Part shown: positions 43,469 through 54,224 of the stretch, in pieces
Layout: every line of letters starts with the position of its first letter
Numbering within the stretch: position 1 is the stretch's first letter
Assembly (NCBI GenBank): GCA_000091205.1
Contig: AP006490.2
From: Cyanidioschyzon merolae
Taxonomy: Eukaryota
Reading direction: 5' to 3' (one strand)
DNA: 64,000 bases
Made by a program: the position numbers and the translations under genes
Notes under the pieces: model-generated
What the model saw: only the letters and a program-made list of their open reading frames with translations
Told to the model about the DNA's origin: nothing
Databases searched by the model: none

Positions 43469-46219
43469 TTATGTCTCTTCCGGAGGCGCCGGCTGCGTTG
43501 GTTTTATCGCCGGATTCCCAGACGTTGACGAAGACGATGGTCGATTCGGTGCAGACCTCGGCGCTGACGACGACGACGATGGAGAGCGGCCTGGCCGCGC
43601 ACTTGACCCCGACCCTGGAGCGTCCGATAAAGTCACGTTTCTGCTTGTATTGGCACGAGTCCCATTCGCGGATGCACCGGCGGCAGCATCAGAGGGCTGC
43701 GGTCGTTCCAACAAGGCCTTGCGACTAACGCGGACCTGGCCTCGTGCATTCACCTCAAGAACTTTCACGGCAATAACTTGATCTTCACGCAGAACGTCCT
43801 CAATTCGGTCTATGTGGTGCCAAGCGATTTCGGAGATGTGCAACCATCCCTCCTTGCCCGTCAGAGGATCCAATTCGACATACGCACCAAACGGAAGGAC
43901 TTTGGTTACCCGAGCCTGTTCGAAGACCTGACTCACCTCAACGTCCATGGTGATATTACGAATCATACGCGCCGCTCGCTCCAAGAGCTCTGTCTCGGGT
44001 CCGAGGATGCTCACGACACCGTCCGGTTCGATGTCGATTGTGATGTTCTCCTCGCCGCCACACGCTTCGATGATGCTGCGCACGACCCTGCCGCCCGGGC
44101 CGATGACGTCTCCGATGCGTTTCGGATCAATGTTGATGATCTTGATCTTCGGTACCGAACTGGGTACCGTTGATCTGGGCGCGCTGCATGCCGCATCCAT
44201 CACATCCAGCATGTGGATTCTTGCGTCGCGCGCCTGCTCCAGGGCCTCTCTGATGATTCCAAGCGTTATGCCCTCGACCTTGATATCCATTTGCAAGGCG
44301 GTGATGCCGGTACGTGTGCCCGCAACTTTGAAATCCATATCGCCGAGCGCATCTTCCATACCCAAAATATCCGTCAGTATGAGATAGGAGGGCGACTGAC
44401 GCGACACGTCCGGTTCCTCAGTCGTCTGGTCGAGAATGAGGCCCATGGCGACGCCCGCAACCGCTGCACTCACCGGAACGCCGGCATCCATGAGCGCTAG
44501 GCTGCCTCCACAAACCGACGCCATGGAACTGCTCCCGTTGCTCTCCATGATATTGCTCTCCACGCGTATCACGTATGGGAAGACCTCGCGAGGAGGTACA
44601 ACGGGCTCCAATGCTCGCTGGGCGAGCATGCCATGGCCAATCTCGCGGCGGCCTGGTGCTCCAATGCGTCCTACCTCGCCGACCGCAAAAGGCGGAAACA
44701 TGTACTGCAGGTAAAAATGAGCGGTATGCTCTCCGAGCAGCGATTCGGAACGCTGGGCGCTATCCTGACCGCCCAGCGTCACGACAGCGAGTGTCTGCGT
44801 CTCACCGCGGGTGAAAAGCGTCGAGCCATGCGCGCAAGGCAGCGGCGTTTGCACAATATCAATGGGGCGCACTTGATGCGGCTTTCGTCCATCTGCACGG
44901 ACTTTTTCACGTACAATGAGACGACGCATCTCGCTGGAGAGTACCCGTTTCCACGCCATCCGACAGAGTGTTTCGAACGCTTCCTCATCGGCGGCACCGT
45001 GCGTCTCGAGCTCCTGCTCTGTGACAGCATCCAAAAGCTCCTCCAGCACTTGTTCGCGTATTTCCGCCAGTGCCGCTTCACGCTGCTTCTTCTCCGCGAT
45101 TCGAATAGCTTGCGAGAGACCCATCTTTCGTGCGATCTTCCTCGTCTGCTCCAGCAAGGTGTCGCGCACACGACGCAGGTCAGCGTCATCTTTGGGAGCA
45201 CGCTCGGGATGCGCTGCAGTCACCAGCGCTTCCAGTCGTTCGATGCCCTCACAGATTTGTGCAATCGCTCGTTGCGCGACTTCAATAGCCTCAGCAATCT
45301 GCTGCTCAGAGGCGAAGAGACATCCCGCTTCGATCATAAGCACTGCGCTGCTGGTGCCCGCTACCACCATGTCCATGTATTTGCATTCACCGCGCATTTG
45401 TTGCTCGGTCGGATTCACCACAAAGCTTCCATCCTGACGCATTCCGATGCGAACACCCGCTACCCGAGCGCACATGGGCACTGGGGAGAGCGCCAGCGCC
45501 GCTCCGGCACCGCAAATAGCCAGTGTGTCCGCCTGGTGGGTGCCGTCGAATGAGAACACGTTGGCCAGGACTTGGGTTTCTTTGAAGAAGCCTTCAGCAA
45601 TACAAGGCCGCAGTGGTCGGTCAATGAGGCGCGAAACCTGAATTTCACGATCGCCAGGTCGTTCCCGCTTCAGGTATCCGGCGGATGTACGACCGACAGC
45701 GGAGAATTTTTCCACATAGTCGACGCGAAGTGGCACGAAATCGATGTTCGGTGAGAGCTCCGCGTCCGAGCAAGCCGTGCAGTAGACGACCGTGTCTCCG
45801 GAGCGCACCGCCACGGCGCCACCGGCCTGACGGGCGAAAAACCCTGTCTCGAGTTGAATCGGGGCCTCCGCACCCGGTACATTAATGTCCACGCTAAAGC
45901 GCTCGAGTTTCGCAAAAAGCTGGCGTAGACGACCCGTCGGGTTTGCCGTTCTCCATACGCACGCAGCACGCCGTTCGCTTTCAATGGATGCTGGAAATTC
46001 GTCCAGAGGGACTCGTATTCGGCGCAACACCGACACGGGTGTCGCGAACGTCCCCAACGTCGTCGTCGTCCAGGCAGCACTAGCTCTGGGCAACGGCGCC
46101 AAGTTCGCCACTCCGCTCCGGTGACTTGACCACGTGCAACCCGGGCATAGCACAAAGGTTGACGGGATATAGGCCCAAGGGTTCTCTTGCGAAGGCATGC
46201 CAGACGCTGTGTGGTTCAC
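43469..46219 (-). CDS. pnp: Polyribonucleotide nucleotidyltransferase (PNPase), organellar, with an N-terminal extension of about 110 aa and a C-terminal S/P-rich tail.
   Basis: Two RNase PH domains, then KH ('IGPGGRVVRSIIEACGG') and S1 ('GWLHISEIAWHHIDRIEDVLREDQVIAVKVLEVNARGQVRVSRK'). Colinear over about 700 aa. Confidence 0.95.
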   Translation of the reverse strand: MNHTASGMPSQENPWAYIPSTFVLCPGCTWSSHRSGVANLAPLPRASAAWTTTTLGTFATPVSVLRRIRVPLDEFPASIESERRAACVWRTANPTGRLRQLFAKLERFSVDINVPGAEAPIQLETGFFARQAGGAVAVRSGDTVVYCTACSDAELSPNIDFVPLRVDYVEKFSAVGRTSAGYLKRERPGDREIQVSRLIDRPLRPCIAEGFFKETQVLANVFSFDGTHQADTLAICGAGAALALSPVPMCARVAGVRIGMRQDGSFVVNPTEQQMRGECKYMDMVVAGTSSAVLMIEAGCLFASEQQIAEAIEVAQRAIAQICEGIERLEALVTAAHPERAPKDDADLRRVRDTLLEQTRKIARKMGLSQAIRIAEKKQREAALAEIREQVLEELLDAVTEQELETHGAADEEAFETLCRMAWKRVLSSEMRRLIVREKVRADGRKPHQVRPIDIVQTPLPCAHGSTLFTRGETQTLAVVTLGGQDSAQRSESLLGEHTAHFYLQYMFPPFAVGEVGRIGAPGRREIGHGMLAQRALEPVVPPREVFPYVIRVESNIMESNGSSSMASVCGGSLALMDAGVPVSAAVAGVAMGLILDQTTEEPDVSRQSPSYLILTDILGMEDALGDMDFKVAGTRTGITALQMDIKVEGITLGIIREALEQARDARIHMLDVMDAACSAPRSTVPSSVPKIKIINIDPKRIGDVIGPGGRVVRSIIEACGGEENITIDIEPDGVVSILGPETELLERAARMIRNITMDVEVSQVFEQARVTKVLPFGAYVELDPLTGKEGWLHISEIAWHHIDRIEDVLREDQVIAVKVLEVNARGQVRVSRKALLERPQPSDAAAGASANGTRANTSRNVTLSDAPGSGSSARPGRSPSSSSSAPRSAPNRPSSSSTSGNPAIKPTQPAPPEET

Positions 46220-46265
46220 TCACAAGCCCCGAAATACCTTTTGCTTGTAATCGGGCACCAGTACG

Positions 46266-46284
46266 ATACACACACACACACACA
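46266..46284. repeat. (CA)9 microsatellite.
   Basis: Direct read. Confidence 0.9.
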
Positions 46285-46521
46285 CAGTGACGTCGACACC
46301 ACCGTGTGCAGACGCTGTGCAGGTAGTGAGGCACACACCGTCGCTGCGCGACCGCCGCGCCAGACGTGATCGCCTCTGCCGGGTGGCCAGCGCTCCTGGC
46401 GTCAAGCTTTGTAGGGTATGCTTCAAGGCTGCACTGGGGTAATCTAGTCGAGAGTAGACTCATCTGGGGTACTTCGTTCGCGTATAGCTCGCTCGGGGAA
46501 CAGCGGTGCGTGTCAACGCGA

Positions 46522-46657
46522 GCTGGGTTGTTCATTGGTTTGTGGGTCTTGATTCGAACGAATTGTCGGGTTTATTGGAGGTAGCGCGTGCTGGGTTGTA
46601 CACTGGTTTGTGCGTCCTTATTCGAACGAGGTTTCGGGTTTATTGGAGGTAGCGCGT
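46522..46657. repeat. 2 x 68-bp tandem duplication in the region upstream of the PNPase gene.
   Basis: Units 46522-46589 and 46590-46657 ('gctgggttgt.ca.tggtttgtg.gtc.t.attcgaacga...tcgggtttattggaggtagcgcgt') are about 88% identical. Confidence 0.85.
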
Positions 46658-47428
46658 CGTGCCTAGGGCATCTTGGATGCGTCACGTGCCCCGTGTGTGT
46701 ACATCTGTTTGTCCAGGGACTCGTTGCTTAGTGCGGTATCCGGCAGCGTCGTTATTGCGGAGGTACCAAGGGCTTCAGCTTTCCTACACGAGATCAAGTT
46801 TTATCAGACGATGTATGCGTGCAGGTGAAAGCGAGCGAAGATGGGTATCGTGAGCGCTGCCTTATCCGTACGTGCGCAGTGGCGTGCCTGCCTGTTTCTC
46901 TGTCCAGTGTCGAGTGCCTATATGCAGTCGTTGAGGACGCCTACGCTGCATTGGGAACGGAGACTCTAGCAGCTTGCCCGAATGAAGCACGTCGACAGCG
47001 GCTCGATTCGGCACAAGAGCGTTTCCAAAGGCGATCGAAAGCCAACAATGGCTGTTGCCGCACTTTCGCAGACATCCGCAGAATACGCGCATAGTGAAGA
47101 TACACCTCACCTGAATCTGCTGGACGGCATGCTATTGGTTCCATAGCGCAGCGACTGAGTCGTAAGCGCATGGAAGACAACAGACGCGATGCTGCTCATT
47201 CTGAGACAACGGATCTGCCCTGCATAGACGCAGTTGCAGCAGGCGAAAGGACGCAGGAATTCGGGATACCGCCCTGATCCCAAAAGCGCGGACCGGAACA
47301 TCCACGTTTTCGTTCGACAACGGAAACGAAACACTCCATTGCTCTCTCTCTCCATTTACCCTCATATATAATGGAACGGATTCTGAACGTATCGCCTAGC
47401 GCGCACCGTCATTGATGATCCCCGCACA

Positions 47429-48400
47429 CTAGCGGAAACACACAAGCATTCTGGCGAGCGCTGATCGACGTCGGTTGCTCGCCCGTTTCGGGATTCTCTC
47501 GGACGGTAGTTTTTCGAACGGCTCCTCATCCCAGCGGCCTGAATCGTTGCTCGATGCAACGATATCTCCCACAGAAAATGCGCTTGCATCGGACTGCGCA
47601 GCAGGCGAGACGCTCGGCAGCGACATATTCTCGATCGCTTCGATGCCCGGGAAGTTATTCTTGACAACCCGATCCGGAAGTGAAATTGTCGTTGCGGGCC
47701 TAGTCTTGGTCAAATGCTCCGTGTCCGTCGCTGCGGTCTGTTGGTGCTCGTGTGCGTTCTCCGTCGCGGCGCCGGTACCAGCGGACCAGTCGCTGACACT
47801 AGCGACTGTGGCGGCACTAACGGGCGACGTCGGCGCTGCTGGTGGCGCACGCACGCTCAGCGCCTGGCGTATCGACCAGCGTCTCGTTTTCGGTACTTGT
47901 CGGTACTGGTGATTCTTGGGCGAGGTTTTCGCTCGAGGCGGGGATACCTGTGTCTCGGGCTCTGTCTGGGGCGACGGCTCGACACGAGCCGCATCTGCCA
48001 CGTCCGCAGCTGTTTTCGGTGACTCGCCATAAATAGCCTTCTCGTCCGTTTTTTCTTGAATATTTTCGAGCTCCCTTTTTTCGACCAGAGAATCCTCCAG
48101 GGACACAAAGCGGTGCGCCTGCTGGGCACGTGCCGGCAGCTTCACCGGGGAAGAAATACGCCGCGCTTGCTCTTGTACCAACGGTTTTTCCAGAGGTTCC
48201 TTCGCGCTGTCCTGAGACTTACATTCGGTGTGATGACTGAACTTTTCGAGTTTCACTGGGTTTTGCGGCTCGTCGTCCTCCACTTTTTCCAGTTCACGGT
48301 ACTCGGTGGGGGCCCACACTGAACCCGGCAAGTGGAAGCCCTCAAAACGATGCCTCATAACGCGACGTGAACGTTTCTCCATATTGAACGGATAGTGCAC
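47429..48400 (-). CDS. Hypothetical disordered protein, 323 aa.
   Basis: ORF only. E/K/P/S-rich with no motif recognised. Confidence 0.25.
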   Translation of the reverse strand: MHYPFNMEKRSRRVMRHRFEGFHLPGSVWAPTEYRELEKVEDDEPQNPVKLEKFSHHTECKSQDSAKEPLEKPLVQEQARRISSPVKLPARAQQAHRFVSLEDSLVEKRELENIQEKTDEKAIYGESPKTAADVADAARVEPSPQTEPETQVSPPRAKTSPKNHQYRQVPKTRRWSIRQALSVRAPPAAPTSPVSAATVASVSDWSAGTGAATENAHEHQQTAATDTEHLTKTRPATTISLPDRVVKNNFPGIEAIENMSLPSVSPAAQSDASAFSVGDIVASSNDSGRWDEEPFEKLPSERIPKRASNRRRSALARMLVCFR

Positions 48401-49987
48401 GACTCACCACTGAACAGGGCAAAGGAGAATTTCAAACAGGGGCCTCACGTACACGCAAATTGAATCCGGATTATGGATCGTGTACGCGCGCGAATGCAAG
48501 GCTGTTGTTGAGGGTAAAATCGAATGCGAACGTTTCCCGCCGGCGCTAGCGCAGCGCGGTTCGCAGCCACGCATCGGATCCGCGCGGCGGGTTTCGCGGC
48601 AAGTGACGTCGATCGAGCGTCTGCGCATGCGCGAGCCGCGTTGCGCTCCACGCTGCACCCGGGATGCCTGGCAGCAAGCGCGATACCGGGGATATCTGGT
48701 TGACACCACTGGTGCTAGTCTGCGCTAAAATTGAACGAGTCCCGCGTAGACGCTTTCGGAACGTCCAGAGTCCAGACGGTGGATGCACGTTCTTCATTCG
48801 TTCTGATGATATATGTATCGGAATAGGTGTGCGCTTGGGGTCCCGAGCGCGATGCGATTTCGCGGAATAAGCGAGCGACGCCGTCTTCTGGCGACGGGGC
48901 GTTTGGGGGTAGTTGCGCCATCCGTCGCTCCCGCTTGAACAGGCCTATCTGCGTTGCGGTTTGTCTTTTCTCTGCTTCAGGTTTGCGTTTACGAGTTTTG
49001 ATAGATTCTGGAATCAACCTTGTTGCGCTTTCCATGAATACGGGGCGGCGCCACCTCGATCCCACCACAGCACGTTCAGCGGAAGCGGCACCGCGTCGCG
49101 ATTTCGCGCCGTATCGCGCGGGACTCGATAGGTGGCTGCAACTGGACGCACGACTCGCAGGGCGTCATATTCGAAGCAGCCGCCCGAACGAAGGCTGTCG
49201 AATGGAATCAATCCAGTCAGAAGATTAGGTTTCGGTGTGAGGTGTCGACCAGCACTGTCTGCGAATATGTCGGGAGCGGTAAAGCAAGCGAGCTTTCGGG
49301 ACCAGAGCGGCGCCAAGAAGTCGATATGCATGCGACGACGCGCTGTGCGAGGGTGCCTCTCTACCCGTGCCTCTTTGGCTGATTTCAGCCGACTCACCAG
49401 ACTGCCGTTTTCCTCTGTATCTGACTCCCAGATGCTCTAAAGCAAAAACGGATCGCTGGGGGTCAAGTGGTCTGTTTGGCAGTGAGGTGTCGGTGACGAC
49501 GTCTGTGGACTGGGCTTTTTCTTGCTGGTTCGTTTTCCTTTTGACGATCACTGTGATTCATTGCAAAGTCGCTGGCCCCCCCGGGTATGCGTACGAAGAC
49601 CGCTGGGACCAGCTACGCATCATGGATCTGCGACGTTCGACCGAACCATCCGCCGCACCAACCGCTGCAATGCCAGCCATGATCTACGGGACATAGAGCG
49701 TTCAGGAAAACTTTCATTCACAGCAATACTGGTTCCGAGTATCAGCAGATCAACCTGCTGCGATCTCGTACGTGCCCTGAATCGCGTCGTTGCCGGATTT
49801 GTGGCGAGGCCGCTTTGTGTCGCCATGCGCACGGATTGTCTAGGTTTTCCCTTCGACTTGTAGAGGATCCATTTCGACAGTCCCTTGTTGCGCGCCGCGC
49901 TCATCCTTTCCCCACAAAGCAACGTCGATTCGACTTGCTTCCGCACAGTCTCGTCTGCCACGAGTCCGAGTCTGCAGGGACCCAGTG

Positions 49988-50722
49988 TCACAGCGTAGTA
50001 ATGTAGCCACTATCTGGTCCACCAAAGTTATACACCGGCTGGTCTGGGCTGTCCCCGTAGCATGTCTGGTTCGGTGCTGTGCCAATCACCACAAAAGTAT
50101 ACACCAAGTCAGTGCGTAGTACTGCCGTCCCTGCACCTGCAAGGTTCAGCCGTTGCGCTCGGAGCTCGGGACCAAGCTTGTCCAGCAGCGTCGGTACTTG
50201 TAAGAGTGCTGCTTTCCAGCCTTCCCGGCCGACAAGGCCTTCGCCATACGTCCAGTTGAAATACGACGACGGCAAGCTCGTAGCCATCTCGACACCCACA
50301 TAATCCCCACCGTGAAACCCATACTGCTCAAGAGTCTGCCGAATCAGATCCGGTGTAACATAGTGACAGGTATTGGAGTTCACCTCCTCGACACTGCAGT
50401 ACGTCAGCAGATCGGCAACGTTCGCCGCACCGATCGTCAAGGCCTCGTTGATACATATTTTTGGGTTTTCGTGGTGTAAAGCATTCAGCAACGTGTACTC
50501 ATAGTGCGTGTAGTTCAGCGTCTCTGCAACGTCCTGGCTAAGCACACCGCCACTGGAAGAAGCTCGAACGGCCACCGCAGCTATGGTGCCGCAAGCGTTC
50601 CAGCTCGCGAACAAGAGCACCCAAACACAAAAGAGAGTCAGACGCATGCCGAGCGTGCTGCACCGCAAAGTTCCCGAAACTCGCACCACACAAGAACGCA
50701 AACTAAAAAATATGTGGAGCAA
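49988..50722 (-). CDS. Hypothetical secreted protein (signal-peptide-like 'MRLTLFCVWVLLFASWNACG'; N-x-T/S sites). The start is probably the Met at 50647.
   Basis: Hydrophobic N-terminus followed by a non-biased mature region. No family recognised. Confidence 0.35.
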   Translation of the reverse strand: MLHIFFSLRSCVVRVSGTLRCSTLGMRLTLFCVWVLLFASWNACGTIAAVAVRASSSGGVLSQDVAETLNYTHYEYTLLNALHHENPKICINEALTIGAANVADLLTYCSVEEVNSNTCHYVTPDLIRQTLEQYGFHGGDYVGVEMATSLPSSYFNWTYGEGLVGREGWKAALLQVPTLLDKLGPELRAQRLNLAGAGTAVLRTDLVYTFVVIGTAPNQTCYGDSPDQPVYNFGGPDSGYITTL

Positions 50723-51936
50723 AAATCGTCGTTGCCCATCCAGGCGCTACCCGTTGTGGTTCTATTTCGGGATCACTGTGGCGCGCTGATCCACCAGCGC
50801 TGGCGGCGCGCGCCATTCTGGGATGACGGCGGCGGAGCGCGGCCTCGCGTTTGACAACGGCGCTGCGCACGCTCCAAGCAGCGACACGTGCCTCATGAAC
50901 AGCGACTGCAGGCTGATGGCGTGCACGCACGAAGCTGCCAAATTTGGCGGCCGGCTCGCTGTCCGGTGCTCGCTCGCATCCGGTGCCGTCGCCACATGGA
51001 TCAGATTCAGTGCGGAATTGCGCTGAAATCCGCCGCAGATTGATTGCAACGCATTCGATATTCCGGGTGTGCGAATAGGTGCGAGGATTCAGGGGAAAGC
51101 ACAGCGCTTCTATCGCAAACGCTGTCGAGCAACGTCAAAGTCGAGAACAGAGTTACGAGTACGAGAAGAAGCGTGGCCGATTTTGAGAGCCAGCCGGTGT
51201 CAAACGTGGCCGGCACGCTTGCTGCGACGCTGGAAGCCGCCCCTCAGAGAATCTTCAGGAACGGTGCGTCTCAGGGCTCGGAGCAGGAACGGTGCCGCTG
51301 ACGGCAGTCACGCCCGTTGTACTGCGCACGATGTGCTATCGGCGATCGGAGCGCGCTCAAAATCCTAACTGTGAGTCTCGAGCAAGTCTTCTTGTCCACG
51401 CAGTGCGCAACGTCTCGTTACTATCGGGTTCGCGAGACGTTGCTGCGAACACGCGGGTGCTCTCGTGTACATTCGAGAAAGCGGCTGGTGCAAGCGAGAC
51501 TGTTGGTGTAATGCAGCGCTTTGCGCAGCGGCGATGTGCTGTAGCCGCAGTCGCCAACGCGAGTCGATGAAATATTTGCACGCCCAGCGCATAGCTGGTG
51601 ATGGAATTCGTATCGCTCCAGGGCGCGCAGACGCTCGCTGCGATCTCGAGCGATCAACATCCACTCGCTACAGAATACCCTTTTCAAAGTGGAGTCGAAA
51701 AGGTACCCGAGCTCCGGCGTACATGCTGTGGTTTGGGTTTCTTCGCTCTACGATCATCATCGCCAGCGTTTTGCGGATTTATTTATGGGGCTGCTTCGGT
51801 TTCGTCGCGTTCATCTCCGGGTTGAGATACGCGGGATCCGTCCTTTACCCCCAAATTTCGTTTTTATATGTAGAGGCAAGTTGATGACGAGGTCCAAGTC
51901 CCGATGTCGCCATGCCCGTCTGTTTCCAGGTAATTT

Positions 51937-52130
51937 CATGTACAGAATGGAGATGTGATTAACGTTTTGGTAGCCATTTTCATCCTCGTGGCACACACGC
52001 TGCGGTGCGCGCTTTGCAGCGGCGACTTGGCTGTGGTCAAGCGTGCTGATATATTGACCAGCAATATGATGCACAGAATGTAGATGCGATCTACGCTTTG
52101 GTAGGGATTTTCATCCCCGTGGTATACACT
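51937..52130. repeat. Two diverged copies, about 80% identical, of a 62-bp motif spaced 131 bp apart.
   Basis: 'atgtacagaatggagatgtgattaacgttttggtagccattttcatcctcgtggcacacac' versus 'atgcacagaatgtagatgcgatctacgctttggtagggattttcatccccgtggtatacac'. Confidence 0.7.
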
Positions 52131-52961
52131 CTCTGTGGGCCGATATGTTGACCAAGCCGCCTCTTCGGAGCGCCGCCCTGTGCTATGTGAAGGCGCGCTT
52201 CATGGCCCGGTACCGGCGCTCGAGGGCTACAGAGGGCTCGCCTCCGTACCCTCCCAGATGCGCGCCACTGGTACCGTACCCGCGGACCATGTGCGTCTTC
52301 TAGGCGACGACCTCAGCGATTACTCTATCCGCTGCATACGCCAGCGCATGCTTTATAGATTTGGTAAAGGTTTGTAGAACGTGATGTTGTCCATGATGAA
52401 ACAAGTAACGACAGTAAAATCCAGGCTGGAAATCGAGTCGAGAAATCTCGATCCGTCTATGTTCCATTCGTGCAGAGCGGTGCTGCACGCTTCACTGGAA
52501 GCGAATGCTGCCATGGCCCAAGTCCAAGTCCAGGATCCTTTTGTATCCAAAGAGAAGAGACGGGCGTCTCTCGGAGCATAGTCGATGACAGGTATCACGC
52601 TGATGTTGAATGTGATGCCATTAATGACCGAAAAGAGTTGCGGGTTTCTCCTGAGAATCCAATCCTGTATTCGACTTGAAAAGTTCAGTGAATTTTCTGC
52701 ATGAGCTTGTGAACGAGTCGTCAAGGAGCTACTTTTCACCTTTCTCGTGTTAAATTAAGCGGCATGCATCGCTCTGTCTATGAGTTGCCTTGAAACAGAA
52801 AGATCGAAAACTTGAAGAATGCGTGGTTTGAGGACGCTGCGCATCAGGAAAAGAGACGATTGGACGCCTGTCCATATGAATTGGATCACGGTATCGGTTT
52901 TTCACGAGCCGTTGTTCGAGGATATCCTAAATCATCTCGATTCGGATATCGTAACGAATTC

Positions 52962-52986
52962 CAGCAGCAGCAGCAGCAGCAGCAGC
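52962..52986. repeat. (CAG)8 microsatellite.
   Basis: Direct read. It lies within the unassigned ORF 52812..53336 and encodes poly-Q in that frame. Confidence 0.9.
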
Positions 52987-53453
52987 CGCATATCAAAGTG
53001 ACCAATCCGAATAGGCGACCGAGAATTCGAAAACGACGACGCATGAGTCCCAAAGCCCTCATTGCTGCACGCGTATTGCCGAAGCTGTCCATCCGAAAGC
53101 AAGGATTCTTAGAACTCGTGCCCTCTGTAACTGAACAGTCTCGTCATGGTCCCGTCGGGCAAACCGTTTTTCTCGACAATCTCCCGTCTTCTTTTTCAAG
53201 TGCACTCCTTCGCTCTATGATCAGCGAGAAGGGCATTTTATCGTTTTCCACACTGGCATCCGACGATGAAGGCCCTCCAGGATCCCCGACTTCCACGTCG
53301 ATGCCGTTCGCTTGGATCTCTTATTTGTTCAAATGAACGCAGTTTGAACGCATCTGCGATGAACCGCAAAAAAGCGTCTGATGGCATTCGCCTAGATGTG
53401 GAACGCATTGGAGATGTTCATTCTCGAAACGCTCTGCTTCCCTGAACCAACTA

Positions 53454-54224
53454 GTGCCAGTAGAACGAGTGCTCCCCATGCGGCGACGCGGTTTGCTCTC
53501 CAGTCAGGTAACTGGGTATTGTGTTGGACTAACCGGGAGAGAAACGCTTTTTGGCAAGCGCCTCTGCGCGTTGCGTCAACGCTCCACTGTACGACCTCAA
53601 AGCAGCGTCCAATGCACGCTGTCGGCACCGCAGCACGTAAGCAGAGTCCTCGCCAACCTGCTGGTAGCGGTCTCGGTGCTTGTGCAACCTGCCGTCTCAC
53701 TTGACTTGGAAACAGCACGCGAGATCGGTGAAGCAAAGCGCGCTGAACAAGAGTCACGCCTGCCCCCGCGAGTACGCCTCCCTTCTGGTGTGGTATATCG
53801 TGAACTGCGACCTGGTGACGGACTTGTTTTGCACTGGGATGAACAGCCTGACGTTGTCCTCTCGTGGGCGGTGCTGCGCCCGACAGACCTCTATTATCAG
53901 TTTGGTAGCTGGAACCGAGTTTCCCTTGAGGATGACCTCTTTCGTGCACTGCCGGCCGGAGAGGCAACCTTGGTATGTGGTCTCGCACACGGGCTCGAAG
54001 GTGCGCGTGAACACGCTCTCCGTCGCATATGGGTACCCGCTTCACTAGGATACGTTCGAGGCGATGAGGTGCCACAGCCGCGACCGGATGACTTTGGGGC
54101 TCAGCGACGATTTACTCGCCTCCGTCAACGTAACGCGGACCTGGTATTCGAAGTGGAAGTGCGACGTGTGCGCCCAAATGGAGGCTCAAAGCTTCATGTT
54201 TGTCCGCTTGGATCAGAGCAATAG
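53454..54224 (+). CDS. FKBP-type peptidyl-prolyl cis-trans isomerase domain protein with a targeting/lumenal-type N-terminal extension.
   Basis: 'LPSGVVYRELRPGDG...VLHW' and the C-terminal 'ADLVFEVEVRRV' fit FKBP patterns. The opposite-strand ORF 53392..54075 is R/A-rich shadow. Confidence 0.55.
   Translation: MPVERVLPMRRRGLLSSQVTGYCVGLTGRETLFGKRLCALRQRSTVRPQSSVQCTLSAPQHVSRVLANLLVAVSVLVQPAVSLDLETAREIGEAKRAEQESRLPPRVRLPSGVVYRELRPGDGLVLHWDEQPDVVLSWAVLRPTDLYYQFGSWNRVSLEDDLFRALPAGEATLVCGLAHGLEGAREHALRRIWVPASLGYVRGDEVPQPRPDDFGAQRRFTRLRQRNADLVFEVEVRRVRPNGGSKLHVCPLGSEQ

Noticed and set aside
52812-53336. 174-aa ORF containing a (CAG)8 poly-Q tract
   Set aside because: The evidence is ORF only; the ORF length is largely maintained by the microsatellite and by GC-rich bias. 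There is no motif, so I report it only as a microsatellite.
53392-54075. 227-aa minus-strand ORF overlapping the FKBP gene
   Set aside because: Its composition is R/A/G/P-rich with no motifs. It is a typical antisense shadow ORF in GC-rich coding DNA, and the + strand carries clear FKBP motifs.
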